Positions 9,239 through 17,606 of a stretch of 64,000 bases of DNA are shown here, in pieces. A model generated the notes under the pieces. The model was not told the DNA's origin, ran no database searches, and was given only the letters and a program-made list of their open reading frames with translations. The DNA is from Acidobacteriota bacterium (lineage in GTDB: Bacteria > Acidobacteriota > Polarisedimenticolia > Polarisedimenticolales > JAIQFR01), in assembly GCA_041494445.1 (NCBI GenBank), contig JBGQAU010000001.1:24797-88796 (forward strand). The letters run 5' to 3'. Position numbers and translations under genes: made by a program. Within the stretch, counting starts at the first letter, position 1, and every line of letters begins with the position of its first letter.

Positions 9239-10417
9239 ATGGACGACCCCTCCCTCGTGGAGGAGCACGGGGGGCGCAAGATCCTGAGGACGCGCGCAGG
9301 CCTCGGCTCCGGGCTCGAGGCGATCCTCCCCGGGGGGCTGTGGACCAACATCCCCGTGGTGGAGGAATTCGCCGCGTCCTCGCCGTACACGCTCCGGTAC
9401 CGCCACGAGCGGTTCTGGATCGACCGGGACGGCACGGGACCGGTGGCGGAGATCCGCCTCTCCCCCCAACCGCCTTGGTACGTGCGGAAGACTCGGACCG
9501 GGAAGCCGATGACCCGGATCGGCTCGCTCCAGGGAACGTACCTCGGGATCTACCCGGCCAAGGTTTGCGAGTATTGGCTCGCCGAGCCCAAGGAGCAGTG
9601 CCGGTTCTGCTCGGTCGGCCTCAACCTCGGCGCGGACGACGCCGACACGAAGTCCGTGGACGAGGTGGTCGAGGTGGTCAAGGCCGCCCGCCGGGAGTCG
9701 GGGATCACCTACGTGGATTTCAACACGGGGCACTACGACGGGGACACCTACCTCGACATCCTCGAGCCCTACATCGTCAAAGTGAAGGAGGCGACGAACC
9801 TCCTGATCGGCATCCAGACCCCTCCCCACCACGACCTCGCGCGGTACCGCGAGCTTCGGCGGATGGGCGTGAACCGGGTCTCGTTCTGCTTCGAGCTTTT
9901 CAACCGGGAGGTCTTCCGGAGGGTCTGCCCAGGGAAGGACCGCCAGTACGGCCTGGACCGCTACCTCGCGGCCGTCGAGTACTGCGCCAACGAGGTGCCG
10001 CCGCAGGGGCGGGGCTTCGGGCCGTGGGTCACGAACGGCGAGATCATCGCCGGGCTCGAGCCTCCCGAGGACTCCGTCAAGGCGATCGATTGGATCACCA
10101 AGGTCGGGGCAATCCCGACGGTGTGCGTGTTCCGTCCGCTGGCCGGCACGGACTACCGGGACGTGCCGCCCCCGAAGACCGACGACATGATCCCGGTGTT
10201 CCGCCGGATGTACGAGGCGTGCATGGAGCGGGGGTTGCCGATCGGCGTCGCCCCGAACGTCCACGTCTCGCTCGTGATGCTCCCGGAGGAGGGGCGCTGG
10301 CTCACGGATCGCCCGAACCGTTTCTGGCTCGGCGAGCTGAAGCTCAAGGCGATGCGGAAGGTATTCGCCCACCAATTCCGTCGGGAGCTGCAGAGGGCCG
10401 AGGCACGCGCCGCCTGA
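9239..10417 (+). CDS. Radical SAM superfamily protein with a non-canonical Cys spacing
   Basis: 392 aa from ATG 9239. The Cys motif is CEYWLAEPKEQCRFC (C-x10-C-x2-C), followed by a TIM-barrel-like pattern (ITYVDFNTG, NRVSFCFE, GEIIAGL). The upstream 151 codons of the ORF are junk. Confidence 0.7.
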   Translation: MDDPSLVEEHGGRKILRTRAGLGSGLEAILPGGLWTNIPVVEEFAASSPYTLRYRHERFWIDRDGTGPVAEIRLSPQPPWYVRKTRTGKPMTRIGSLQGTYLGIYPAKVCEYWLAEPKEQCRFCSVGLNLGADDADTKSVDEVVEVVKAARRESGITYVDFNTGHYDGDTYLDILEPYIVKVKEATNLLIGIQTPPHHDLARYRELRRMGVNRVSFCFELFNREVFRRVCPGKDRQYGLDRYLAAVEYCANEVPPQGRGFGPWVTNGEIIAGLEPPEDSVKAIDWITKVGAIPTVCVFRPLAGTDYRDVPPPKTDDMIPVFRRMYEACMERGLPIGVAPNVHVSLVMLPEEGRWLTDRPNRFWLGELKLKAMRKVFAHQFRRELQRAEARAA

Positions 10418-10719
10418 CCTTTCCGCTTCTTCTTTCCTTCGAGCCGAAAGCGAAACGTCCCGCACCATGTTATAGTCCTTCCGTCCGCGCCGGTCGCGGC
10501 CGGCAATCTCGCCAGGGCCGCGCTGCACCCCCGGGAACCCGGTTCCGTCACCGGGGTGGTTGCCGGCGGCGCGGGGCGCCGGGTAGTCCAGCATAGGAGC
10601 CCGCCCGCCGCAGCGTTCCGGAGCGACCCGCAGAAGGGGCCCCGGCGCCGCGGCGGACCTGAGCCATGGGTCGGGCCAGTCCGGACGAGGCCTTAGGGAC
10701 CGGGGAGATCCGCTCATCC

Positions 10720-13056
10720 ATGTCCAAGGTCATGCTCGTCAACGTAACGCACGTCGAGGAGTCCCGCGTCGCGATTCTCGAGGACGGTGTCCTCGCGCAG
10801 TACGAGATCGAGACGATCAACCGGACCAACATCAAGGGGAACATCCACAACGCGGTGGTCGAGAACGTCCACCCCTCCCTCGAGGCCGCGTTCCTCAAGC
10901 TCTCGTCCGACCTCAAGGGGTTCCTGCCTCTCGACGAGGTCAACTTCAAGCTCCTCCCCTCCCGCGGGGACAGCCGCGCACGGGGACGGATCGGGCAGCA
11001 CCTGCACCCCGGACAGAGGCTCCTGGTCCAGGTCGTCCGCGAGCCGTTCGCGGGCAAGCCGCCGACGGTCACGACGTATTTCTCCCTGCCCGGCCGTTAC
11101 CTTGTGCTGATGCCCGGCGTCGACTCTGCCGGAGTCTCCCGCAAGATCGAGGACGCCTCGCAGCGCGATCAGCTCCGCAAGCTCGTCGACGAGCTGAAGC
11201 CGCCCGAGGGGTTCGGCCTGATCGTCAGGACGGCGGGACTCGGGCAGACCAAGGTCGAGCTGCAGCGCGACCTTCGGTACTTGCTCCGGCTCTGGGAGTC
11301 CATCCAGCGCGCATCGAAGGCCACGGACTTTCCCGGCCTCGTCTACCGTGAGCGGGACCTCGTGATTCGTACGATCCGCGACTACTTCACGCCGGAGATC
11401 GGCGAGGTCTGGATCGACAGCCCGGAGACCTACGAGCGGGCGCTGGAGTTCGTCCGCGACGTGATGCCCGGCAAGGCGAAGATCGTCAAGCTCCACTCGG
11501 GAGATCGCCCGCTGTTCAGCAAGTTCAACCTCGAGGATCAGATCGAGAGCATCTACAAGCGCCGCGTGCCGCTGAAGTCCGGCGGCGAGATCGTGATCGA
11601 CGGGACGGAGGCGCTCACCGCGATCGACGTGAACAGCGCCCGCTCCAACCGGCAGGGGGACGCGGAGGAAAACGCGACGTCGACGAATCTCGAGGCCGCG
11701 GCGGAGATCGCCCGCCAGTTCCGGCTCCGGGACCTGGGCGGCCTGGTGGTCGTGGACTTCATCGACATGATGGCGACGCGCAACCAGAAGAAGGTGGAGA
11801 AGGTGATGCGCGACGCCATGCGCACCGACCGGGCCAAGTACGACATCACACGAATCTCGAAGCTCGGCCTGATGGAGATCGCCCGCCAGCGGATCAAGGG
11901 GGAGAAGCTCGGCGCGTCCTACGCCACCTGCCCCACCTGCGAGGGGTTCGGTCTGATCAAAAACGTCGAGCCCGCGGGCCTGGCCGCGTTGCGGAAGCTG
12001 CAGGCGCGCTGCCTCCGCGGCGACTTCGGCCGGATGCGGATGGCGCTCCCGCCCGACGTGGCGAGCTGGACCCTGAACAACAAGCGAGACGATCTCGTGC
12101 AGCTCGAGAAGCGGCACGGTATCCGGATCGTCGTGGAGCCGAAGCCGGCGCTGAAGCGGCACGAGAGCGAGTTCGAGGCGTTCCCGCGGGAGAAGGTCGA
12201 GGAGCCCCCCGCCCTCGTGGTCGGAGACCGTCCCGCGCCGCAGATCCCGCCGGATCTCAAGGACCTCGGCGAGATGGCCGCCGAGCAGGCCGCCGCCTCG
12301 GAGCCCGCGCCGGCTGCGGCACCGGCGGCACCGCCCGCGGAAGGGGCTGCGCCGGCGGAAGGCGCCGGCCGGAAGCGCAGGCGCCGGCGTCGCCGGCACT
12401 CCCGCGGAGCGGGTGCGCCGCCCGAAGCTCCCCTGGCCGGCACGCAGGCGTCGGCGGACGGAGACTTCCTCGGCGAGACCGGACCGGCGGTGGCCGCGCC
12501 CTCGCCGCACTCCGACGCGGGGGAGACGCCGGATTCCCGCGAGGAGGTCCCCGCGCCGCCGGTCTCGACGGCAGGGCCCGGGGATGCGTTGGTTCCATCC
12601 CGGCCCGGACCCGACGCGGGTACGCCCGCCAACGGCGGTGCCGGCGAAGGCGGCGGCCCGGACAACGGCGGCCCCTCGCGCCGCCGCCGGAGACGGCGCC
12701 GGCGTCGGCGCGGTCGCGGGGCGGCCGACGGCGGCCAGGAACAAGGCGACGGGCGGCCCGCCGCGCCCGCCGGTTCGGGCGACCATCCGCCCTCCCCCGT
12801 TCGGGTCGAGGAGCGTGAGGAAACGGCGGTGCCCCGACACATTCGGAGCGAAGAGCTCATGCCCGCGGCGACCGGGAAGGTCGGACGCGCGAAGGCCGCG
12901 GCGGGAATCGGGGCCCGGCCACGCCGCCGGCGACGGGGCGGGCCGGCGATCCCGGGAGCGTCGACCGGGCACCCCGCCGCCGGACCTGCGGCGGAGCATT
13001 TGCCTCCGGGGTTGCCGCCGGACGTCGGGCCCTCGGGCGGCGACCACGAGAGCTGA
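10720..13056 (+). CDS. rne: Ribonuclease E (RNase E/G catalytic core plus a disordered Arg/Pro-rich C-terminal region)
   Basis: MSKVMLVNVTHVEESRVAILEDG, an S1 domain, IDVNSARSNR and the Zn-link CPTCEGFG. The C-terminal 280 aa or so are low complexity with poly-Arg runs. The start was chosen at ATG 10720. Confidence 0.9.
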   Translation: MSKVMLVNVTHVEESRVAILEDGVLAQYEIETINRTNIKGNIHNAVVENVHPSLEAAFLKLSSDLKGFLPLDEVNFKLLPSRGDSRARGRIGQHLHPGQRLLVQVVREPFAGKPPTVTTYFSLPGRYLVLMPGVDSAGVSRKIEDASQRDQLRKLVDELKPPEGFGLIVRTAGLGQTKVELQRDLRYLLRLWESIQRASKATDFPGLVYRERDLVIRTIRDYFTPEIGEVWIDSPETYERALEFVRDVMPGKAKIVKLHSGDRPLFSKFNLEDQIESIYKRRVPLKSGGEIVIDGTEALTAIDVNSARSNRQGDAEENATSTNLEAAAEIARQFRLRDLGGLVVVDFIDMMATRNQKKVEKVMRDAMRTDRAKYDITRISKLGLMEIARQRIKGEKLGASYATCPTCEGFGLIKNVEPAGLAALRKLQARCLRGDFGRMRMALPPDVASWTLNNKRDDLVQLEKRHGIRIVVEPKPALKRHESEFEAFPREKVEEPPALVVGDRPAPQIPPDLKDLGEMAAEQAAASEPAPAAAPAAPPAEGAAPAEGAGRKRRRRRRRHSRGAGAPPEAPLAGTQASADGDFLGETGPAVAAPSPHSDAGETPDSREEVPAPPVSTAGPGDALVPSRPGPDAGTPANGGAGEGGGPDNGGPSRRRRRRRRRRRGRGAADGGQEQGDGRPAAPAGSGDHPPSPVRVEEREETAVPRHIRSEELMPAATGKVGRAKAAAGIGARPRRRRRGGPAIPGASTGHPAAGPAAEHLPPGLPPDVGPSGGDHES

Positions 13057-13119
13057 CGCCGTTACGCGCCGAGAAGGCGGCGCGGCGACGTCGAGACAAC
13101 GTTTTCCAGGAGGCCCGCC

Positions 13120-14148
13120 ATGCGCAATACGCGTTCCTTCGCCATTCTCCCGCTCGCGGTTTTTTCCGTTTCGTCGGCGATCGGCGCCGTCCCCGCGGTG
13201 ACGCCACGGCGCCCGGTCGCAACGTACTCGATCGTCGCCCGCGACCCGGCCACCGGTGAGATGGGCGTCGCGGTCCAGAGCCATTGGTTCTCGGTCGGCT
13301 CCGTCGTCCCGTGGGCCGAGGCGGGAGTCGGCGCCGTCGCGACGCAATCGTTCGTCGAGCCGTCGTACGGGCCGCTCGGGCTTCGGTCCATGAAGGACGG
13401 AGCCGCGCCCGAGAAGGCGCTCACCGACCTCCTCGCCAGGGACCCGCACCCCGAGGTGCGCCAGGTGGCTTTCGTGGGCGCCGACGGGCGGGTGGCCGCG
13501 CACACCGGCGCGAAGTGCATCCCTGCTGCGGGCCAGAGGATCGGGAAGGGATACTCGGTCCAGGCCAACCTGATGCTGAGCGACGAGGTCCCCGGCGCCA
13601 TGGCGAAGGCCTTCGAGGCGTCGAGCGGTCCGCTCGCGGAACGGATGCTCGCGGCGCTCGAGGCGGCGCAGGCCGTCGGAGGGGACATCCGGGGAAAACA
13701 GTCCGCCGCGATCCTCGTCGTCCGCGCCAAGGCGACCGACAAGCCTTGGACCGACAGGCTCGTGGACCTCCGGGTGGAGGATTCCGAACAGCCTCTCGCC
13801 GAGATCCGGCGGGTCCTCGCCCTGGCCCGCGCGTACGACCTGATGAACCAGGGGGACGAGGCGGTCGCCGCCGGGAGGATGGACGAGGCCCTGGCGAAGT
13901 ACTCGCGCGCCGAGGCGATGTTCCCGGGAAACGACGAGTTCGTGTTCTGGCACGCGGTCACCCTCGTGACCAACGGACGCACCGACGAGGCGCTCCCCGT
14001 GTTCGCGAAGGCGTTCCGGATGAACCCCTCCTGGATGCTCCTGGTGCCTCGCCTGCCCGCGGTGGGACAGCTTCCGGACGCTCCCGGCCTCGTCGAGAAG
14101 ATCCTGGCCACCGGTCCGACCGCGAACTCGGCTCCGAAGGGCCGCTGA
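13120..14148 (+). CDS. Exported DUF1028 (Ntn-hydrolase-like) protein with a TPR-like C-terminal tail
   Basis: AGGAGG Shine-Dalgarno site. A signal peptide is followed by TYSIVARDPATGEMGVAVQS (DUF1028 N-terminal signature). The C-terminus has helical-repeat character. Confidence 0.75.
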   Translation: MRNTRSFAILPLAVFSVSSAIGAVPAVTPRRPVATYSIVARDPATGEMGVAVQSHWFSVGSVVPWAEAGVGAVATQSFVEPSYGPLGLRSMKDGAAPEKALTDLLARDPHPEVRQVAFVGADGRVAAHTGAKCIPAAGQRIGKGYSVQANLMLSDEVPGAMAKAFEASSGPLAERMLAALEAAQAVGGDIRGKQSAAILVVRAKATDKPWTDRLVDLRVEDSEQPLAEIRRVLALARAYDLMNQGDEAVAAGRMDEALAKYSRAEAMFPGNDEFVFWHAVTLVTNGRTDEALPVFAKAFRMNPSWMLLVPRLPAVGQLPDAPGLVEKILATGPTANSAPKGR

Positions 14149-14162
14149 GCCGCCGGCGTCTC

Positions 14163-16508
14163 GTGCAGAGCGGTTCCCGAGGGACCTCGCGTCTCGGCTC
14201 CGCCGCCGCCTTCGCGGCCATGGCGGCCCTCGTGGTCGTGCTCTCGGGCCTCGCGCTGCTCCGAGCTCCGATTCCGCTTCGGGAGGGGCACGCTCGCCTG
14301 CGCGGGCTTTCGTCGCCCGCCGAGGTGAAGTTCGACCGCAGGGGCACGCCGCATGTGCGCGCGGCGACCGAGCAGGACGCCTACCGTGTGCTCGGTTGGC
14401 TCCATGCCGGGGACCGTCTGTTCCAGATGGAAACGCGCCGCAGGACCGCCGCGGGGCGCCTGTCCGAGTCGATGGGAGCGGCGACGGTTCGGATGGACGA
14501 GCGCGCGAGGACGCTCGGCATCCGCGCGCAGGCCGAGCGCGAATTCCGCGCGCTTTCCGTCGGGGAGCGCCGCCTGCTCGAGGCCTATGCCTCGGGCGTG
14601 AACGCGTACGTGTCGTCGCACCCCCGGCCGTGGGAACTGGTGGCGCTCGGGATCCGCCCCGAACCCTGGACCGCCCTCGACAGCCTGCGGTTCCTCGGGC
14701 TCATGTTCACCACGCTCTCCGCTTCGGAGAGCGTGGAGCGCGCGAATCTCTCCCGGATCCTCAGGTCCGGTCTCGGCCCCCTGCTCCCCGTCCTCGACGC
14801 GCAGAGCGCGGCCCCGACCTTCGTTCCTCCCGAGGCGCCGTACCCGGTCGCCCGGGGCGCGCGGCTCCCGGCGGGCCCGGGGACGGTGGGAGGGAGCAAC
14901 GCGTGGGCGGTCTCCGGCCTCAGGACCGCGTCGGGCCGCCCGATTCTCGCCAACGATCCCCATCTCGAGGCGGAGATGCCGGGGGTTTGGTACGCCGCGC
15001 ACCTCGTCACCGCCGACGGGCTCGACGTGGCGGGGCTCACGATGGCGGGGATCCCGGGGATCGTGATCGGCCACAACGGCGTCGCGGCGTGGGGGCTCAC
15101 CATGCACCAGGCCGACGATGCGGACCTCTTCCTGGAGCGTCTCGACGAAACCGGCGAGCGGTACGAGGCCCAGGGAAGGTGGCTCCCCGTCGAGCGCAGC
15201 GTGGAGCGGATCGGGGTGAAGGGTGGAAGGGACGTCGAGATCCGCCTTGCGCGGACGCGCCACGGCCCGGTCGTGGAGATGTTTCATCCCGAGGGAAGCG
15301 GTCCGCTTGCGGTCTCCCTCGCGTGGTCGCCGGCGCTCGACGTCGGCAGCTTGCGGGCATTCCTCGCGGCGGCCAGGGCACGGACGGCCGAGGAGATCGC
15401 CGGTGCCTGGTCGCTCTACCGGGGCCCGTCCCTCAACGTGTGCTGGGCCACGGCCGATGGACGGATCGGCCTCCTGGCGGCCGGCGCGGTCCCTCGCCGA
15501 AAAAGGGGGGACGGCCGGCTGCCCGTCCCCGGCTGGACCGGGTCCTACGACTGGGACGGTCTCGTTCCGCAGGCGGATCTTCCAAGGATCGAGGATCCAC
15601 CCGAAGGATTCGTCGCGTCGGCCAACGACGACTGGACCGCCAGCGGTGTCCGCCTCCCCTACCCCGGGGACTACGCCCCGCGGGAGCGGGTGGATCGGAT
15701 CCGCGAGGTGCTCGCGTCGCTCCGGCGCGCGACCCCCTCGGACATCCGCGTCCTCCAGAACGATGTCCTGTCGCTCTACGCGGTCCGGGTCCGCGATGCC
15801 CTGCTCCGCATCGGCGCGCGGGATCCCGAGGCCCGGCGCGCGCTCGTGATCCTCGCGGGATGGGACGGCCGCGCGCTCCGCCGTGGCCCGTCGCTGCTGT
15901 TCTACACGTTCATGCAGGACCTGAGACGGCGGGCGTTCGGCCCCCGCGAGGAGCGGCTCCGCGAGCGTCTCCCGGCCGGCTGGGACCTGCTGGCGAGGAT
16001 GATCGGAGGAACCGGCGGGTCGGCGTTGTGGGACGATCCCGGGACGGACGAGGTCGAGACGCGCGAAGCGGCGGTGTCGGCGTCGCTCGCCGCCGCGCTC
16101 CGGGTGGTTGAGGCCCGGGAAGGCGCGGTCCCCGCCGCGTGGAGCTGGGGCCGCGCGCACGCGCTTTCCTACGTTCACCCGTTCGCCGAGGCGTTCCCGG
16201 CGCTCGGCCGGCTCCTGAACATCGGGCCGATCGAGATGCCGGGCGACTCGGCGACCGTCGCCGTCTCCGCGTTCTCGCTCGCCTCCCGGGACGCCGGGCC
16301 GTGGCTCATCGTGTCGGCCCGCCTGATCGTGGACCTCGGGGACCCGGACGGATCGAGGCTGGTCCTCCCGCTCGGAGAGTCGGGGCAGTTCGGCGACCCG
16401 CGGCGCGACGACCAGGCGGCAGCGTGGGCGGAAGGCCGGGACTTCCCGTTCCCCTTCCGCCGCGCCGCGGTGGACGCCGCCGCAGTCTCCACGTTGCGGC
16501 TCGAGTGA
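14163..16508 (+). CDS. Penicillin amidase / acyl-homoserine-lactone acylase family protein (S45, Ntn hydrolase)
   Basis: N-terminal membrane anchor, LHAGDRLFQME, nucleophile Ser in GGSNAWAVSG, and ANDPHL. The GTG 14163 start is uncertain; ATG 14220 is an alternative. Confidence 0.85.
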   Translation: MQSGSRGTSRLGSAAAFAAMAALVVVLSGLALLRAPIPLREGHARLRGLSSPAEVKFDRRGTPHVRAATEQDAYRVLGWLHAGDRLFQMETRRRTAAGRLSESMGAATVRMDERARTLGIRAQAEREFRALSVGERRLLEAYASGVNAYVSSHPRPWELVALGIRPEPWTALDSLRFLGLMFTTLSASESVERANLSRILRSGLGPLLPVLDAQSAAPTFVPPEAPYPVARGARLPAGPGTVGGSNAWAVSGLRTASGRPILANDPHLEAEMPGVWYAAHLVTADGLDVAGLTMAGIPGIVIGHNGVAAWGLTMHQADDADLFLERLDETGERYEAQGRWLPVERSVERIGVKGGRDVEIRLARTRHGPVVEMFHPEGSGPLAVSLAWSPALDVGSLRAFLAAARARTAEEIAGAWSLYRGPSLNVCWATADGRIGLLAAGAVPRRKRGDGRLPVPGWTGSYDWDGLVPQADLPRIEDPPEGFVASANDDWTASGVRLPYPGDYAPRERVDRIREVLASLRRATPSDIRVLQNDVLSLYAVRVRDALLRIGARDPEARRALVILAGWDGRALRRGPSLLFYTFMQDLRRRAFGPREERLRERLPAGWDLLARMIGGTGGSALWDDPGTDEVETREAAVSASLAAALRVVEAREGAVPAAWSWGRAHALSYVHPFAEAFPALGRLLNIGPIEMPGDSATVAVSAFSLASRDAGPWLIVSARLIVDLGDPDGSRLVLPLGESGQFGDPRRDDQAAAWAEGRDFPFPFRRAAVDAAAVSTLRLE

Positions 16509-16617
16509 GCGGGCGCGACGCTGAAGGGCGAGAACGCCGACACCGCAGGCCGGGGTCGGGAACCGCCGGCCGCGCGCCGGCGGGGCCGCTGGCGCGTCCC
16601 CGTCGCGGACCCTAACA

Positions 16618-17517
16618 TTGACCTTCCGCCACCCGGCTCCCGCGGAGCACGAGGAGAAGAGCCCCTTGAGCGTGTCCGGGATCGAACCTCGCATCGAGGC
16701 GCGCCAGCGGTTCGCCGCCCTGGTGAGCGGGAAGGACGATTTCGACCTCCTCGAGGCGTGCCTTCTCGTGGCCGCAGAGGAATACCCGCGCCTGGACATC
16801 GGGGCCGAGATCGCCCGTGTGGACGCGCTGGGGCGCGAGGCGCTGCCGAGGGTCGAGCCCCTCGCGAACTTCTTCGCGCGGCTCGACGCGCTCCGCACCT
16901 TCCTCTTCGAGGACCTCGGCTTCCGGGGGAACGCCGAACAGATCGACGACCCCCGCAATTCGTTTCTCAACGAGGTCCTGAACCGGCGCACCGGCATCCC
17001 GATCACCCTCTCGGTCCTCTACGTGGAGGTGGCCCGGCGGGCACGGGTGGACGCCCGCGGCGTGGTCCTTCCCGGTCATTTCGTCGTGCGAGTCGGCGAC
17101 GCGACGCGGGCCACCTTCGTGGACCCGTACCACGGCGGCCACGTGATCACCGAGGACGACTGCCGCGAGCTGTCCGCACGGACCATGGGCCGCGCCTCGC
17201 TCTTCCGCCCCGAGATGCTCCTGGGGGCGAGCTCCGCCACGCTCCTGGCCCGTCTCCTGCAAAACCTCAAGCGGATCTACCTCGCGCGCGAGGACTACCC
17301 GCGCGCGCACGCCGCGGTGGACCGGCTCTTGATCGTCTCGCCGGACGACCACCGCGAGATCCGCGACCGCGGCTTCCTGCACGCTCACCTCGGCCGGACC
17401 GACGCCGCGGTGGCCGACCTCGAGTCCTACCTGAGCCTCGCGCCGCGCGCTCCCGACGCCGAATCCGTCCGCGGCCGCCTCGCCTGGCTCGTCCGCAAGA
17501 CGTCGGAGATCAGTTAG
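16618..17517 (+). CDS. SirB1/UPF0162-like protein (transglutaminase-like N-domain plus TPR-like C-domain)
   Basis: NSFLNEVLNRRTGIPITLSVLYVEVARR...LPGHFVV is typical of this family. The start codon (TTG 16618) is uncertain. Confidence 0.7.
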   Translation: MTFRHPAPAEHEEKSPLSVSGIEPRIEARQRFAALVSGKDDFDLLEACLLVAAEEYPRLDIGAEIARVDALGREALPRVEPLANFFARLDALRTFLFEDLGFRGNAEQIDDPRNSFLNEVLNRRTGIPITLSVLYVEVARRARVDARGVVLPGHFVVRVGDATRATFVDPYHGGHVITEDDCRELSARTMGRASLFRPEMLLGASSATLLARLLQNLKRIYLAREDYPRAHAAVDRLLIVSPDDHREIRDRGFLHAHLGRTDAAVADLESYLSLAPRAPDAESVRGRLAWLVRKTSEIS

Positions 17518-17535
17518 CCCCTGACTCCCCGGGGT

Positions 17536-17564
17536 TTGATCCGTCCTGCGCGATGAGACATAAT
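17536..17564 (+). promoter_or_regulatory. Candidate sigma-70 promoter for korAB
   Basis: TTGATC (17536-17541), a 17-nt spacer, then CATAAT (17559-17564), about 43 nt upstream of the korA ATG in an AT-richer patch. Confidence 0.45.
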
Positions 17565-17606
17565 GGACCTGGTCGGTCCACTATTTGGGATTCGAGAAGG
17601 GAAGCC

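Noticed and set aside
12370-12720. CGN-rich nucleotide repeats that look like tandem DNA repeats
   Set aside because: They are the in-frame poly-arginine runs of the RNase E tail, so they are coding low complexity rather than an independent DNA repeat element.
10714-13953. 1079-aa minus-strand ORF antisense to rne
   Set aside because: It is a compositionally biased shadow ORF. The plus strand encodes an unmistakable RNase E.
13062-17006. 1314-aa minus-strand ORF, the longest in the track
   Set aside because: The translation is Arg/Pro/Gly/Ala-rich with no motifs. It lies antisense to four well-supported plus-strand genes (DUF1028, acylase, SirB1-like). This is the typical shadow ORF of a high-GC genome.
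16618-17517. Transglutaminase-like SirB1 protein as the missing lasso-peptide B-protein partner for the HprK-like kinase
   Set aside because: The two genes are 28 kb apart. The protein has the SirB1/UPF0162 plus TPR architecture rather than a lasso-peptide protease, and no cyclase or precursor is present.
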